Program-made: the position numbers and the translations under genes
The notes under the pieces: model-generated
Told to the model about the DNA's origin: nothing
What the model saw: the letters and a program-made list of their open reading frames with translations, nothing else
Databases searched by the model: none
Assembly: GCF_009914755.1 (NCBI RefSeq)
Contig: NC_060926.1
Length of the DNA: 64,000 bases
Direction: 5' to 3' (one strand)
Source of the DNA: the human T2T-CHM13v2.0 reference genome, Homo sapiens
Shown here: in pieces, positions 1 through 12,959 of the stretch
How positions within the stretch are numbered: position 1 is the first letter of the stretch
How the letters are laid out: every line of letters begins with the position of its first letter

Positions 1-694
1 TTGATGTGTGGTTTTTGAAAGATGAATACTTAAGCGATTGTTTTGGGAAAAGAGAAATTCCTGCCTACAGTTGTAGGTGTACGGGAGGCCACTGAAGTTT
101 CTCCCCTTGGGAAACTCTACAGAAACTTCTCCCCAGTTTTTCAAAGCTCATCTTGACTGGCTCCCTACTGGGATATGTACCTAAGGCAAAACTCAATACC
201 AAAGAAATCTATGTGCCTCCATTTACCACTTTACCTCAGAGGATAAAGATAAATTTTATTAAGATGAACTTCTAATGCAAATTCTCTCAAAAGGGATGCA
301 GACAGCTTTTCTCCACAAAACTACCAATTGGTGACAACTGCAGCAATGCACACATTACATGATGCTCCTTAACTTCCATCTGGAAGAAGTCATTTCAGTA
401 CTCCCGAGCCTGTCCAGAAAGGGATCACGGGAGCATACACTCCTTCAAAGATCTACCAGAGATGAGAACAGAAAAACCCCAAAGGCTCAACATTTTGTTG
501 CTCTTGTAGTTCTTCCCTGTCAGAACTAAGACACTGTCTACATTATTTCCATAAAGCTGCTGGCTCAGCCTGTCCCTAGTCCTGGTTGGCTCAGAGAATA
601 CAGGTCTCCTTCCCTCTTTACAGACAATGCCCTCCTTCTGGATGGCCACGACAATGGAGCTTGATGATTTAATCATGCTTACACCAGGCTGCCT

Positions 695-806
695 AGGAGA
701 CAGCTGGCTAGGACTAGGATGCAATCTGTGGCTGTGGAGCAGAGCCAAGTTCACTGTGGTTGAACCCATGACCTGAGCCTCCTGGGCATGACCTCTAAAT
801 CAGTTG
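695..806 (-). mobile_element. MamSINE1-like tRNA-derived ancient SINE fragment
   Basis: The reverse complement reads ...gatttagag-gtcatgcccaggaggctcaggtcatgggttcaacc...ttggctctgctccacagccacagattgcatcctagtcctagccagctgtctc. This has a tRNA-like B-box (GGGTTCAA) followed by the body I recall for MamSINE1. Confidence 0.6.
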
Positions 807-842
807 TCACATTTATGACAAGACTGTTATGTTTAGCAATCA

Positions 843-1096
843 TAATAATAATAGTGAGAGTTTGCATTGATAGAGCACTTCCTATGTGTCAGTCTCTTGC
901 TGAATGTTTTTATGGGGATTATCTCCTATGAGTCTCTCAACTCCCTGTGAAGAATGCCTATCATCTTTCCATTTTACACACAGGGAAATAGGAGCTTAGA
1001 GAGTCTAAGACTTTCCCAAGGGCACATAGCTAATAAGTAGTGAAAACAGGATTCAAACAGGCAATTCAGTTCCTGAGCTCATTTCTAGCTACCACC
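843..1096 (-). mobile_element. MIR (MIRb-like) SINE
   Basis: Antisense MIR hallmarks: cattttacacacagggaaataggagcttagagag...cccaagggcacatagctaataagt...ggattcaaac. Confidence 0.85.
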
Positions 1097-1804
1097 CTAT
1101 CCTAGCCCTGTCAGGATTATCCATATTGCAGACAGGGCAACAAATACAAAGCTGTGTCATACAACCTCTAGTTAGCTGGCAGAGCCTCCTGACTTTCAAC
1201 TCAAGACTCATTCGTTAGACACAGAGTTTTTTAATGTGTAAGTTATGGCACCATTGTTTCTAATGTCTCAGAATCCCATCTTTGGTGTTGGATAATGACA
1301 GGCCCAGGGAGGAATGGCTAGCACTAAACATGCTCACCTCAACCACATTCTCAAGAAATATTTTATGAAAACCTGGGTTTCCAAAGAACAAATATTTGAT
1401 CATCACTGCTTTACTTATACTGCTGGTAGGTTTGTAAATTTGTCTGGCTTTTGGGGAAGGTGCTTTAATAATGATGTATCAAAAGCTTTAGCTAGGGGTA
1501 CAAATGTAACCCACACATTCACTTTCACTAAAAAAATAATTTGAGAGAAATAATGCAATGTTGAAATCAACCAAGAATTTTAGTCGCACTATTGTTTGTA
1601 AAAATGAAAAGTTGAAAATACCCTTAACAGATCATCAATTGATTGATGCAACATTTTGTTACATTCTTACTATAGAATTCCATCTAGATCTTTCAAAGGA
1701 TAATCTGAATCTACATATATGTTGTGATATAACAGTAAATTCAAGATGCTTGTAATATGTTGATACATGAAGAGAGCAATTATCAAATAATCTGGGTAAT
1801 ATGG

Positions 1805-2967
1805 TGTATTAGTTTCCTGGGGCTTCCGTAACAAATATTCACACACTAGATGTCTTAAAACAACTTTATTCTCTCATAGTTCCGGAGGCCCAAAGTCTGA
1901 TAACAAGGTATCGGCAGGCTTTGTGGCTCTGGGTAAGAATCTTGTCCCTGCCTCTCTCCTCGCTTCTGGTGGTTGCCAGCAAACTTTGGCGCTCCTTGGC
2001 TTGTAGAAGTATCACTTCAATCTCTACCTCCATTGCCACGTGGACTTCACCCCTGTATCTCTGTGTCTTCTCTTTTTCTCTTATAAAGGCCTTCATCATT
2101 GGATTTAGGGCCCATCCTAATTCAGGATCATCTCATCTCAAGAGCCTTACTTTAATTCTATCTGCAAAGGCTCTTGCCCAAATAAGGTCACATTCTATGG
2201 CCATAATTAAAAAGTCAAAAAACAATAGATATTGGCACACATGTGGTGAAAATGGAACACTTTTACACTGCTGGTGGGAACATAAACTAGTACAACCACT
2301 ATGGAAAACAATATGGAGGTTCCTTAAAATACTTAAAGCAGAACTACCATTCGATCCAGCAACCGCACTAGTAGGTATCCAACCAAAGGAAAATAAGTCA
2401 TTATATGAAAAGACACATGCACATCCATGTTTATAGCAGCACAATTCACAATTACAAAGATATGGAATCAACCTAAGTGCCCATCAACCAATGAGTAGAT
2501 AAAGAAAATGTGGTATATATACACCATGGAATACTACTCAGCCATAAAAAGGAATGAAATAATGTCTTCTGCAGCAATTTGGATGGAGCTGGAGGCCATT
2601 ATTCTAAGTGAAGTAACTCAGGAATGGAAAACCAAATATTGTATGTTTTCACTTATAAGTGGGAGCTAAGCTATGAGGATGCAAAGGCATAAGAATGATA
2701 TAATGGAGTTTGGGGACTCAGTAGAAAAGGTTGGGAGGGGGATGAGGGATAAAAGACTACATATTGGGTACAGTGTATACCGCTGGGGTGACAGGTGCAC
2801 CAAAATCTCAGAAATCACCAGGAAATAACTTATCCATGTAACCAAAATTACTTGTACTTCAAAAACTACTAAAAGAAAAATTTAAAAAATTAAACAAAAC
2901 CCAAATAAGGTCGCATTCTGAGGCTCCAGGTAGACACAACTTGGGGGACTTGATTCAACCCATTACA
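1805..2967 (-). mobile_element. MLT1C-type MaLR LTR, split by an L1 insertion
   Basis: Starts tgtattagtttcctggggc and ends attcaacccattaca. The LTR sequence resumes after the L1 with a 20-bp duplication. Confidence 0.85.
2197..2899 (+). mobile_element. 5'-truncated L1PB (L1PB2-like) 3' fragment: end of ORF2, 3'UTR and A-rich tail
   Basis: The ORF2 C-terminal peptide (TLLHCWWEHKLVQPLWKTIWRFLK) appears in ORF 1921..2436. The L1PB 3'UTR (gggagctaagctatgaggatgcaaaggcataagaatgat) is present. TSD cccaaataaggtc(a/g)cattct at 2177-2196 and 2900-2919. Confidence 0.92.
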
Positions 2968-3044
2968 TGTAGTTCTAATTTTGTTTTATTAAAAATATGT
3001 ATTTGTAAATAAATATATACATCTACATAAAAGAGAATTTATCA

Positions 3045-3323
3045 TAGTTGTATTAGACTTTGGAGACAGACACATAGGCTTTTGATCCTCATTCACCTGT
3101 GACTGACAATGTGACAAGGTAGCTGCCACCCTCTCCTAACGCTATCTCTTGGAGGGCTTAACTCGTGGAGTCTCAGATTTCTTATGGGGGTTAATTCTTA
3201 TGAATACTTTAGGTGGGTGACTATACCTCACAGGGTCATCGTAGTGGTTTTCAGATAACATACATAACTTACTTAGCATAGGACCTGACTTGCTAAATGT
3301 TCTCTCTAAATAGTAGCTATGAT
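3045..3323 (+). mobile_element. MIR SINE, degenerate
   Basis: gactttggagacagac...atacctcacagggtcatcgt...ttagcataggacctgac...aaatagtagctat. Confidence 0.6.
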
Positions 3324-4439
3324 AAATTTGTATAAGAGTTCTGGAAGGATAAACCCCAAAATATTAACAGTAGTGATTTATTATGGAGGTTAATTATTAT
3401 AAACATTTTTACTTTCTCTTTAATTTATTTGTATATTTTATTAAAATTTTAACCACACATATATTACTTTTTAAAATCAAGTAAAACAATAAAGCCATTT
3501 CTTTTGGGTGAAAGAACAAGAAGACTTATTACATTCTGCATCCCCTTGATCCTTGTGTGTACATATGAATAACTCAGGCGTTGTAGATTAAATTAACCAT
3601 GCAGCTAATTTAAAAAAAAAAATTCTCCTCTTTTAGCCTTGGAAGCTCCATCCGCTCTCTCTCTCCATAGTTTTTCATGTGCAAAATTTGTGTTGGCTTC
3701 AGTGTGATTTTTTAGTGCCAAAACCATGATATGCTGACAAACAGGAATAACAGCATTTCTTAAATGTCCACAGTGCAAAGGGGAGAGGCATGGCGTGTTT
3801 CAAAAGATGGGTTCCTACTGTGGGAAGATGTGCTTTTTCTGAGGGGAACAGGGTAAACGCAATGATGAGGGAGTTCTGTCAGCAGTAGGATTGGGGCAGG
3901 GAGGAAGACAGCAAAGTTGAAACCAAGAGGTGAAATTGTCTAGTGGATTTGTGTCATATTTTAACACATATTTTTAGGATTAGTTGCCTTTTGAGAAAGG
4001 AAACACCTTACCTGAAAACATCTATTTAATTTTTTTCATATAAAAGTAGTATATGGTAAATGAAAATGAAGAAAATATGAGTAAGCAAAATTTTTGAAGT
4101 CAGAATCCCACCATTCAGTGGTAATGACATATTATATACACACACAGTTGCACATGTGTATACCCACACATACATCTAGGCATGTCCCTGCCAGAACATA
4201 CAGCACCTGTGTGCAAAATAGAAAAAGGCGACTCCCTTTGGGGATCAGATCAGCAAAAGATGACCACTCTGGGCAGATTTGGCAAGTAGAGAGTACTTTT
4301 TATGCAAATTAGAGAAAGAACTCCCTTTCCTCTGACCTGAAATATTCTCTTGCCAAGGCATCCATCTGGATGCCTCCGTCAGGGGATAACTGGGACAACT
4401 GCATGCAATGGCCCTGAAATGAGGATATACTCCCCCTGC

Positions 4440-5470
<1,031 letters not shown>

Positions 5471-5970
5471 TGTAACTGAGCCCAGGTTCAGCTGCTCACC
5501 ACTTGAAAGCCAAACACAAGACATGAGAATTGGCGGGAGGAAAAGGAGGTTTTGTTCAGAAAACCAGCAAAACTGAGACGATGGTGAACTAGTCTTCTGA
5601 AGCACCATGTTAAGTTTTGCAGGCTGACTGGAGGGTTTTTATGCTAGGGGGGATATAGGGAAGAGGAGGGGTTTGGTATCAAGAGGTGACCGCTGACCAC
5701 AGACATATCTGGGTGTCAGCGAAGGTCCAAGGAGGTTGGGAACTTCTTTGCCCTTGGTCAGGTCATAGTGCTCCTGTAAATCTTTAACAAAACGTAGTTA
5801 TTTACATACATCCTCTTTAATCTCAGTTAGTTTCAAAAATTACATGATTGCCATTTTTGCATTTTATTTCAGTACTCTCAAATTCTCCTAGCCTATGTGC
5901 AGGAATGGGTAAAGGCCCTTTAAACAAAATGGAGTTACTTATGTTAGTTTTTTGCTGTTTTGCTGTTGCA
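5471..5970 (-). mobile_element. Solo ERV1-class LTR (MER4-group; subfamily uncertain, MER66-like)
   Basis: About 500 bp with TG...CA ends (tgtaactgag...tgttgca), an antisense TATA-like ttttatg, and the aaaatggagtta motif near the LTR 5' end. It splits an L1ME sequence. Confidence 0.75.
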
Positions 5971-7124
5971 AAAATAAATCCCTAGACATAGAATTGGTGG
6001 GTCAATGGTACATTGATTATAGGCTTTTGATGTGTATTAATACTGGTGATAATGTTAAGGTAATGAAGAAGCTGCCTAGTGGACAAGTGATAACTTATCT
6101 GAGGAATTTCATTCAGGGTTAATAGTCAAGTAAATACTTTTCAGATCTACTGACTTAAGAGAACTCCACTGTGCAGCAAACCTCACAGAGTTGTTCGCTC
6201 TGTTCTGACTCCAGAGGCTCAAGATTTACCATAATGTTATGAATAGTGGTAGTGGGTGTGGAGGTGGTCGTTTGGGGGAGAGTTCTCAAGCAAGACTTGA
6301 GCATGAAGAATCACAAAACCAGCCCATAGAAACTTCATACCTAGACCCATATGAGCCACAGAAGAGGGCAAAGGCGTCTCTCTGTACCATAGTCAAAAGG
6401 AAGGCCAGCCCAAGAAGGTGGGCACTGCAAAGAAGTGAGAGCATGCATAGTAAAAGCAGAAAGGAGGCCTTTGGATAGCCTAGCATCACCCCCAGTGCCA
6501 TCCCACAATGAGCCTTCACCTCTCTGAGCAAAGAGTGAGAGAACTGAAAAGGGACAGCAGCCACCAACTTCAGCTTCAGGACCAGACAGAGAAGACCTAT
6601 GATTCCTTTCCAAGAACAGAGGGACAGAAGTGGAAAAGCCAGCCAAGGACTGCATGAAGAGGCCCATCTTCATCAGAGGAGAATAGCCAACTCAGTCATT
6701 GCCTAGTTTGGCCTTCATAGATATTTAACAAACGGAAATATTGTTTATATATTAGTATATTCATTGCTTTAAAAAACACTTTTTTTAAGATCTTTCTTAT
6801 TCAGGAAGCATTTCTATTTTTCTAACTGATTGAATTATTTGAATACTATGCCTAAAATCTTTACAATTGAAATGAGCATGCCTTCCTTTCTATCATGTCT
6901 GGAGATCAGAAATTAAATTTGTGTGTTAAGTAGATTGTCAATAATGCATTTCAAAAGGTCATAATGTCTGGACTTAAACAAAATTATGTTTTTATATAAG
7001 GAAATGTTTTCTCTTGTCAGAAATATGCCAGTAGTTTCTTTCTGTTTCAGTTTGCGGCATTGGCCTGTTGTGCTATATGATGAAACATGTCTGCTTAGAA
7101 CAACCAAACAATAACAGTAGTTAC

Positions 7125-7686
7125 TGTTACTGGAAAGGGGTCCCGATCCAGACCCTGAGAGAAGGTTCTTGGATCTTGTGCAAGAAAGAATTCGAGGCAA
7201 GTCCATAGAGTAAAGTGAAAGCAAGTTGATAAGGCAGAGCAGCCCCAAGGGCTGCTGGTTGCCCATTTTAATAGTTATTTCTTGAGTAGATGCTGAAAAG
7301 GGGTGGATTATTCATGAGTTTTCCAGGAAAGGGGTGGGCAATTCCCAGAACTAAGGGTTCCTCCCCCTTTAGACCATATCTCTCATGGTGCTGGTGGGAG
7401 TGTCACTTAGCATACTTATGAATTATAATTAGCATATAATGAGCAGTAAGGACAACTAGAGGTCACTCTCGACGCCATTTTGGTTTTGCTGGGTTTTGGC
7501 CAGCTTCTTTACTGCAACCTGTTTTACCAGCAAGGTCTTTCTGACTTGTTTCTTGTGCCTACACCCTTTCTCATCCTGTGACTTAGAATGCCTTCATCTT
7601 CTGGAAATGCAGCCCAGTAGGTCTCAGTCTTATTTTACCCAGCCCCTATTCAAGATGGAGTTGCTCTGGTTCAAATGCCTCTGCCA
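7125..7686 (-). mobile_element. MER41B solo LTR (ERV1)
   Basis: tgttactggaaaggggtcccgatccagaccc...caagatggagttgctctggttcaaatgcctctgcca; 4-bp TSD TTAC (7121-7124 / 7687-7690); inserted in a MIR. Confidence 0.93.
7321..7350. promoter_or_regulatory. Tandem GAS (STAT1) motifs within MER41B
   Basis: TTCCAGGAA at 7321-7329 and TTCCCAGAA at 7342-7350, both matching TTCN3GAA. Confidence 0.6.
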
Positions 7687-7690
7687 TTAC

Positions 7691-7860
7691 CATTGATTGA
7701 GCATTTATTACATGTCAGGCACTGGATAAGAACTTGTATGTATAAAACAACTTAATCCTTTTAACAACCCACACAGGAAGCTGTTAATGTTTAACAAAAG
7801 AACAGGCTGAGGTTTAGTGAGGTCACCTAATGGGTAGAAGTCACATGTCAGAGGCAGTGA
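7691..7860 (-). mobile_element. MIR SINE (host of MER41B)
   Basis: cattgattgagcatttattacatgtcaggcactg...ggctgaggtttagtgaggtcac. Confidence 0.75.
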
Positions 7861-8564
7861 CTGAGCGGCACACTACCTATCTTTCATCTATAATCTGCAC
7901 CAAGTGCCAAATAAAAGGGTCAAGGTGAAGGGAGCATCAGCCAGGTTCCAACATCAGGGGTGGGGGCAGGAACATAGGAGAGTGGGGTGGGCCTGTAGTG
8001 TTTCTTGGGTGAGGAGGGGCCACATTAAAAAGTCTCTACCCTTACATTTCTTCCCTTTATGTCTTTGGATATTGCTTCCCAGTGCTTTCTCTAAAGTTTT
8101 TTTTTTTTTTCCCCTTCAATAATTGTCTTGACACTGCCCTGTCAACATACTGGCTTTTACTATTTTTTAAATAAAGTGACAACCACCTTTACAGAACATG
8201 CTCAGTTGAAATGATTACTCACCTCACCAATACTCCAGCTTTCATTTATAATTATGGCCCAGGTTAGAAATAAAATCAAGCACCTCCATTCTTGAGCTCT
8301 GGATGGGAACTTTGAAGAATATGGCTATGAAAAGTTTTCAGTTGCAGGGCTCACTGTAAATTGGATTTATGGACTTTCTAGGCTTTGTCAAGGTAGCTTT
8401 GCTTTCATGAGTATTTCATTTTGAATTTATAAAGAATGTTTGAAGAGCTACTATGTATGAGGAACTATGCCAGTCACTGGGAAGACAAAGATGGATAAGG
8501 CATTGTCCCTGCCTGGGAGAAGTGAGGAGAAGGCCATAAAAAGAAACACAAAGATTATCACAAA

Positions 8565-8736
8565 CAGGGGCTCCGAGGGCTGGCTGCCCACTGGAATCAT
8601 CTAGAGAACTTTAAAAACATACTATGATTGGATTCCACTTTCTAAGATTTTGATTTAATTGGTCTTGGGTGAGGCCCAGTCAGTTTTATAAGTTCCCCAA
8701 GTGATTCTAAAGTACAGCCAGGATTCACAACCATGG
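8565..8736. mobile_element. MER5-family hAT-Charlie MITE
   Basis: ggctgcccactggaatcatctagagaactttaaaaa...gatttaattggtcttgggtgaggccc...ccccaagtgattctaaagtacagccagg. Confidence 0.8.
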
Positions 8737-9124
8737 AACTGAGGCATGTGTAAGACGCCCAGGGGGCTTGTTCTGCAAAGCTTTGGAGGAGGTAATATTT
8801 GAGCTTGATTTGAAAGGATTGATGGGAGGGTGCCAGGCATTTCAGAGCAGAACTGAGGAAGGGCCTTCCTTGTCGGAGAATGGAAGAGCATTAACAAAGG
8901 CACCAACACACCACTGGGGAATGACTTCCATGGAGTGGCTGAAGCACTGGGGGAGTCAGAGCTCAATGGGAAATGAGGTTGACCAGAGGTGAACTGGGCA
9001 GGTGGCAGGAGAAAGGGTCGGGGAAGGGCCAGGCAAGAAGGACTTTTTGTTTCATATTGAGGAGATGAGACCCTATTCTACAGATGACAAGAATCCATCA
9101 ACAATTTCAAACAGATCCCAGTTG

Positions 9125-9125
<1 letters not shown>

Positions 9126-9194
<69 letters not shown>
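9126..9194. repeat. (TG)30 microsatellite followed by a short (AG)n
   Basis: Perfect TG run at 9126-9185, then agagagaga. Confidence 0.98.
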
Positions 9195-9802
9195 TGCGTT
9201 TTGGGGAGGAGCTGATGGTTGGGAAAGAAGGATCCACTTATAGTGAGGGGCCTGGAGATACACAGGGTGAGGCCAGTGAATAGGTTATTGTAATCCTTCT
9301 AGTGAGATTTTATTCAAGAAGATAAAAGGAAATAATGCAGACATTTTTGTTTGTTTGTTTGTTTCCATAGAATTACAGGCTGGTAACTACAATCTATTAA
9401 CCAACAGGCAATTGTTTTGAAAACCTACAGATGTTGAGTGAGGAAATGGGAAAACAGAAGTGGGTAAGGCAGACACAGACTCTGCTGTCCTGCTGCTTAC
9501 AGTCTAGGGGTCGGGAATAGGTGGTGGATTTTCCAAAGACACCTTTGGTAGAACAACTTCAAAAAGTGAAGCAAGTTGAGAATATATGTACATTCAAGAG
9601 GGATTTGGCTAAGTGTAACAGGAGGATAATCTGGAGTTGTTGAAGCGCAGTTCAGAACATTTGGGATGTTTAAAAAAACACTTTTTATAATTGCTATCAT
9701 GGAGGTCAATGCATGGTCTCCCAAAAGACATGGCTTATTGTCTGTATCAAAGACAAGATTCTTGGTCGACAGAACTGTTAGTACATCCTAGCACAGAATT
9801 TC

Positions 9803-10240
9803 TTTTTAATAAATTAATTTTACATTGACAAATATAAATTGTATATATTTATCATGTACAACATATAGTTTTGAAATATGCACACATTGTGGAATGGCTA
9901 AATCAAGCAAATTAACATATGCATTACCTCACATACTATCATTTTCTGTGGTGAGAACACTTAAAATCTACCATCTTAGCAACTTCAAGTATGTAATACA
10001 TTGTTACTAACTATAGTAGTCCCCATGTTGTACAATAGATCTCTTGAACTTATATAACTGAAATTAACTAATTTATCCTATCTAAGTGAAATTTTGTTTC
10101 CTTTAACCAACATCTCCCCGCTCACCGCAAGCCCCACACCAGCTCCTGGTAGCGACCATTCCATTCCACTTTCTACTTCTGAGTTCAACGTTTTTATACT
10201 CCACATATAAGTGAGATTATGTGGTATTTGTCTTTCTTGT
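9803..10240 (-). mobile_element. L1MA8-like 3' end
   Basis: ggaatggctaaatcaagcaaattaacatatgcattacctcacatact...ccacatataagtgagattatgtggtatttgtctttc. Confidence 0.88.
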
Positions 10241-12589
10241 AGTGTGGAATTTCTTACGTTCCAATTATTTTAGCTTGATAAATATGGCACCATGCCATAT
10301 AAGAAACTTGAGTTTACTTGAATTGTCCCAAACAGCCATAATTATAAGGCCTTTGTTAATTTAGCTTAATAACCATTACAAGTGTCCACATGAAAGCAGT
10401 TGGATACTATATCAACTATTTTAAGCACCCTGTAGCCTATCAGAAATATCATCACTCAAGTGAATTTAAATATGCCTGAGATCTCTTCTACTCAAGTATT
10501 GTGGAACTCATTTAGAGTAATAAAGATAAGGATGATAGATTTATTGTAACTTATTAACAAATATAAATTGTTAAAATCTACTTTCAAAAATCTACTTGTA
10601 TGCAAAATCGTTGTTCATCGTAGGAAATAATTTTTTGACATTAAACTAGTGGAAGATTGGGAGGAATATGGATTCAATCAGCAATTTCTTACTTTTTTTT
10701 TTTTTTTTTAAACTCAAGCTCAAAAGCAGATGAGGTGTTTTAATTATTTCGATTCACATGTGGAAAGAATAAATCTGAAGGAAATAGCTTAGGATTCCTT
10801 CCAAGTTTGAATTACAAATTATCCCAGGACCCTGGAGAGAAGCAACAGCAAACAAGATTTTAGGCAGTTCTTTGTCAGGTCAGCCTTCGATCAATATTGA
10901 AAGCCACCTTGAGGACCTCATTTTTTTTCCTGGTGCTTTTTCCCTGGGTTGAGGGGAGTTTAAGTGTAATCTTTCTCCTGACAGTTCTATGATATGTGTT
11001 ATTTGTGTTATGTGGCTGGTGTCCCAGGCCCAAATCCTATGAGAGCTGCTTTGTGAGGCCACCCCCACCTCAAATGAGTTCATGGAATAAATGCCTACCA
11101 AACACCCAGGCAAATCACTAGGGCTTTGGAAGTTATCTATGCCACCTTTAGCTTAAGGCCTGTACAACACACAGGTGATGCTGACTGTTTCTGTGCCCTG
11201 ACTATTGACCATCTCGATCTTTACACTGAGGAAGGAGGAAGCAGCTGCCCCTGCAGTGCTTAGGGTAGAGCTGGCTGAGGCCCCCTACAAGGGACTCCCA
11301 TGTCACAGACGGTTCTCTCATCATTCCTTTTCCCCCAAGCCCCACTTGGGACCTGCTCTGCTTTTCCAGGGGCTTAAAGGAGACAAGATCCACATGGTGA
11401 GAATATATTGCATGGAAGAGAGGTGTTCCAGGAGAGAAAAGAGAATCTTGTCTAATCTGATTTTATTTGCAATCTCTGTAATTCTCCCCATAAGCTCCCA
11501 CCCTCATCTTACACTGGGCACTTTTATAGCCCTGAGGAATCCTTCTTACCTTTGATTCATATCCTTAAATGTAGATGTGAAGGGTGACCTTGAACATCCC
11601 ATGGAAATAAAAATGTACCACCAGCCATCACCAAGACATGCAGCTAAAAAATCACACAATTTATGCCAAATGCTATTAGGAAGAAAAAACACATGAAAGA
11701 TAAAATACTACTTTAAAAAGCCTAAATATCATTTCCCCTTGATAAAAGATACAAGGTATTTAACAGACAAGCTTAGCAAACCCTTAGGAATTTTGTGTTA
11801 TGGGAAAAACAAAAGCAAACCAGACAAGGATTTAGTGTTCAACTGAAGCTTGATCTAATTTCCATCCTTTACACTGGTCAGCAGGAGACCTATTTTTTTT
11901 GGTGGTGGTTTTTAAAAAGTCTTCCACTCAGGGGATGTTTTTTCCCATTTGCACTAATTTCTCTTGACTTTAAACTTCCAGCTTGGCACCTGAGCAACTT
12001 CCTCAGGCATTTTTAAGCTGCAAAATGGAGAGTCTCAGGCATCTCAGAACATTGTGTAGTCACAGAATAATCTGCCTGGAGCGACTGTGCCTCCCAGAGC
12101 ACCTATAAACTGTTCTCTCTCTCTCTGCCTGAAGGACACCTCCTTTTGGCATTTAGGTAGACAGTTTTTCCTCTGGTGCAATGCAGCTTCCATGGCAATT
12201 GATGCCGGGAGCATTCTGCTGTGAAACAGGAGTAAAAGGAAAACCAGCAGCCAAGTGACTGTATCATTTTTAAAAATACTAATTGACTTTGTTGAGATAA
12301 TTACTGCAGATTGAGAGACTTGGACTGTCTCTGGCAGGTAACATGGAAAACTTACTGATTCTGAGACTACAGAAAGAAAAAAAGTTTGCTGTACTGAATG
12401 AGAAGCCTCAGGCTATCTTAAAGGCAAATATTTCTTATTCACAGATCATGAAGCTGACGGACCTGTGCTTACTTTAAATCTGGAAGAAAAACGTATACTC
12501 ATGAGGTTATATTTTGTCTGAGAACCTCAAAGCACTACATAGTCCTAAAGTACTTCTTTGAAGCCCATAGTATTACTCTATATCTATAT

Positions 12590-12760
12590 TACAATTCAAT
12601 CATCCAACAATCATTTATTGAGAACCTACTGTTTAAAGTGCTATATTAGATTCTATGTGCAATGTAAATATGAATCACAATTTGATACATGTCTTCAAGG
12701 AGCTTATGCTGTCACAAGAGAGGTAATATATTCATAAATAAATACAGTAGAAAATAGAAA
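12590..12760 (-). mobile_element. L2 3' end fragment
   Basis: ttcaatcatccaacaatcatttattgagaacctactgt...cttcaaggagcttat. Confidence 0.7.
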
Positions 12761-12959
12761 ATTCTATGATATCTAGCAGTCAGTTAAATTGTTAGGCTAA
12801 AACTTGGAAGAGGTCAGACCTGGAATTAGCTTTGGAATCATTGGATTCAACCATTTTATTGGAAATCTTGTACAAATTCACCAAAATTTCTCAAGAAGCA
12901 TTAATCCATCAAAAACAAAATTCTGATACAAACTATGATGATTAAGTTAAAGTGCAATT

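Larger units (their letters stand above)
8425..9310 (-). mobile_element. L2 fragments (interrupted by MER5 and a (TG)n tract)
   Basis: gagctactatgtatgaggaactatgc...aagatggataaggcattgtccctgcc; ggaggaggtaatatttgagcttgatttgaaagg. Confidence 0.65.

Noticed and set aside
1921-2436. 171-aa ORF, the longest in the window
   Set aside because: A chance fusion of antisense MLT1C sequence with an L1 ORF2 C-terminal fragment. It has a non-ATG start and is not a gene.
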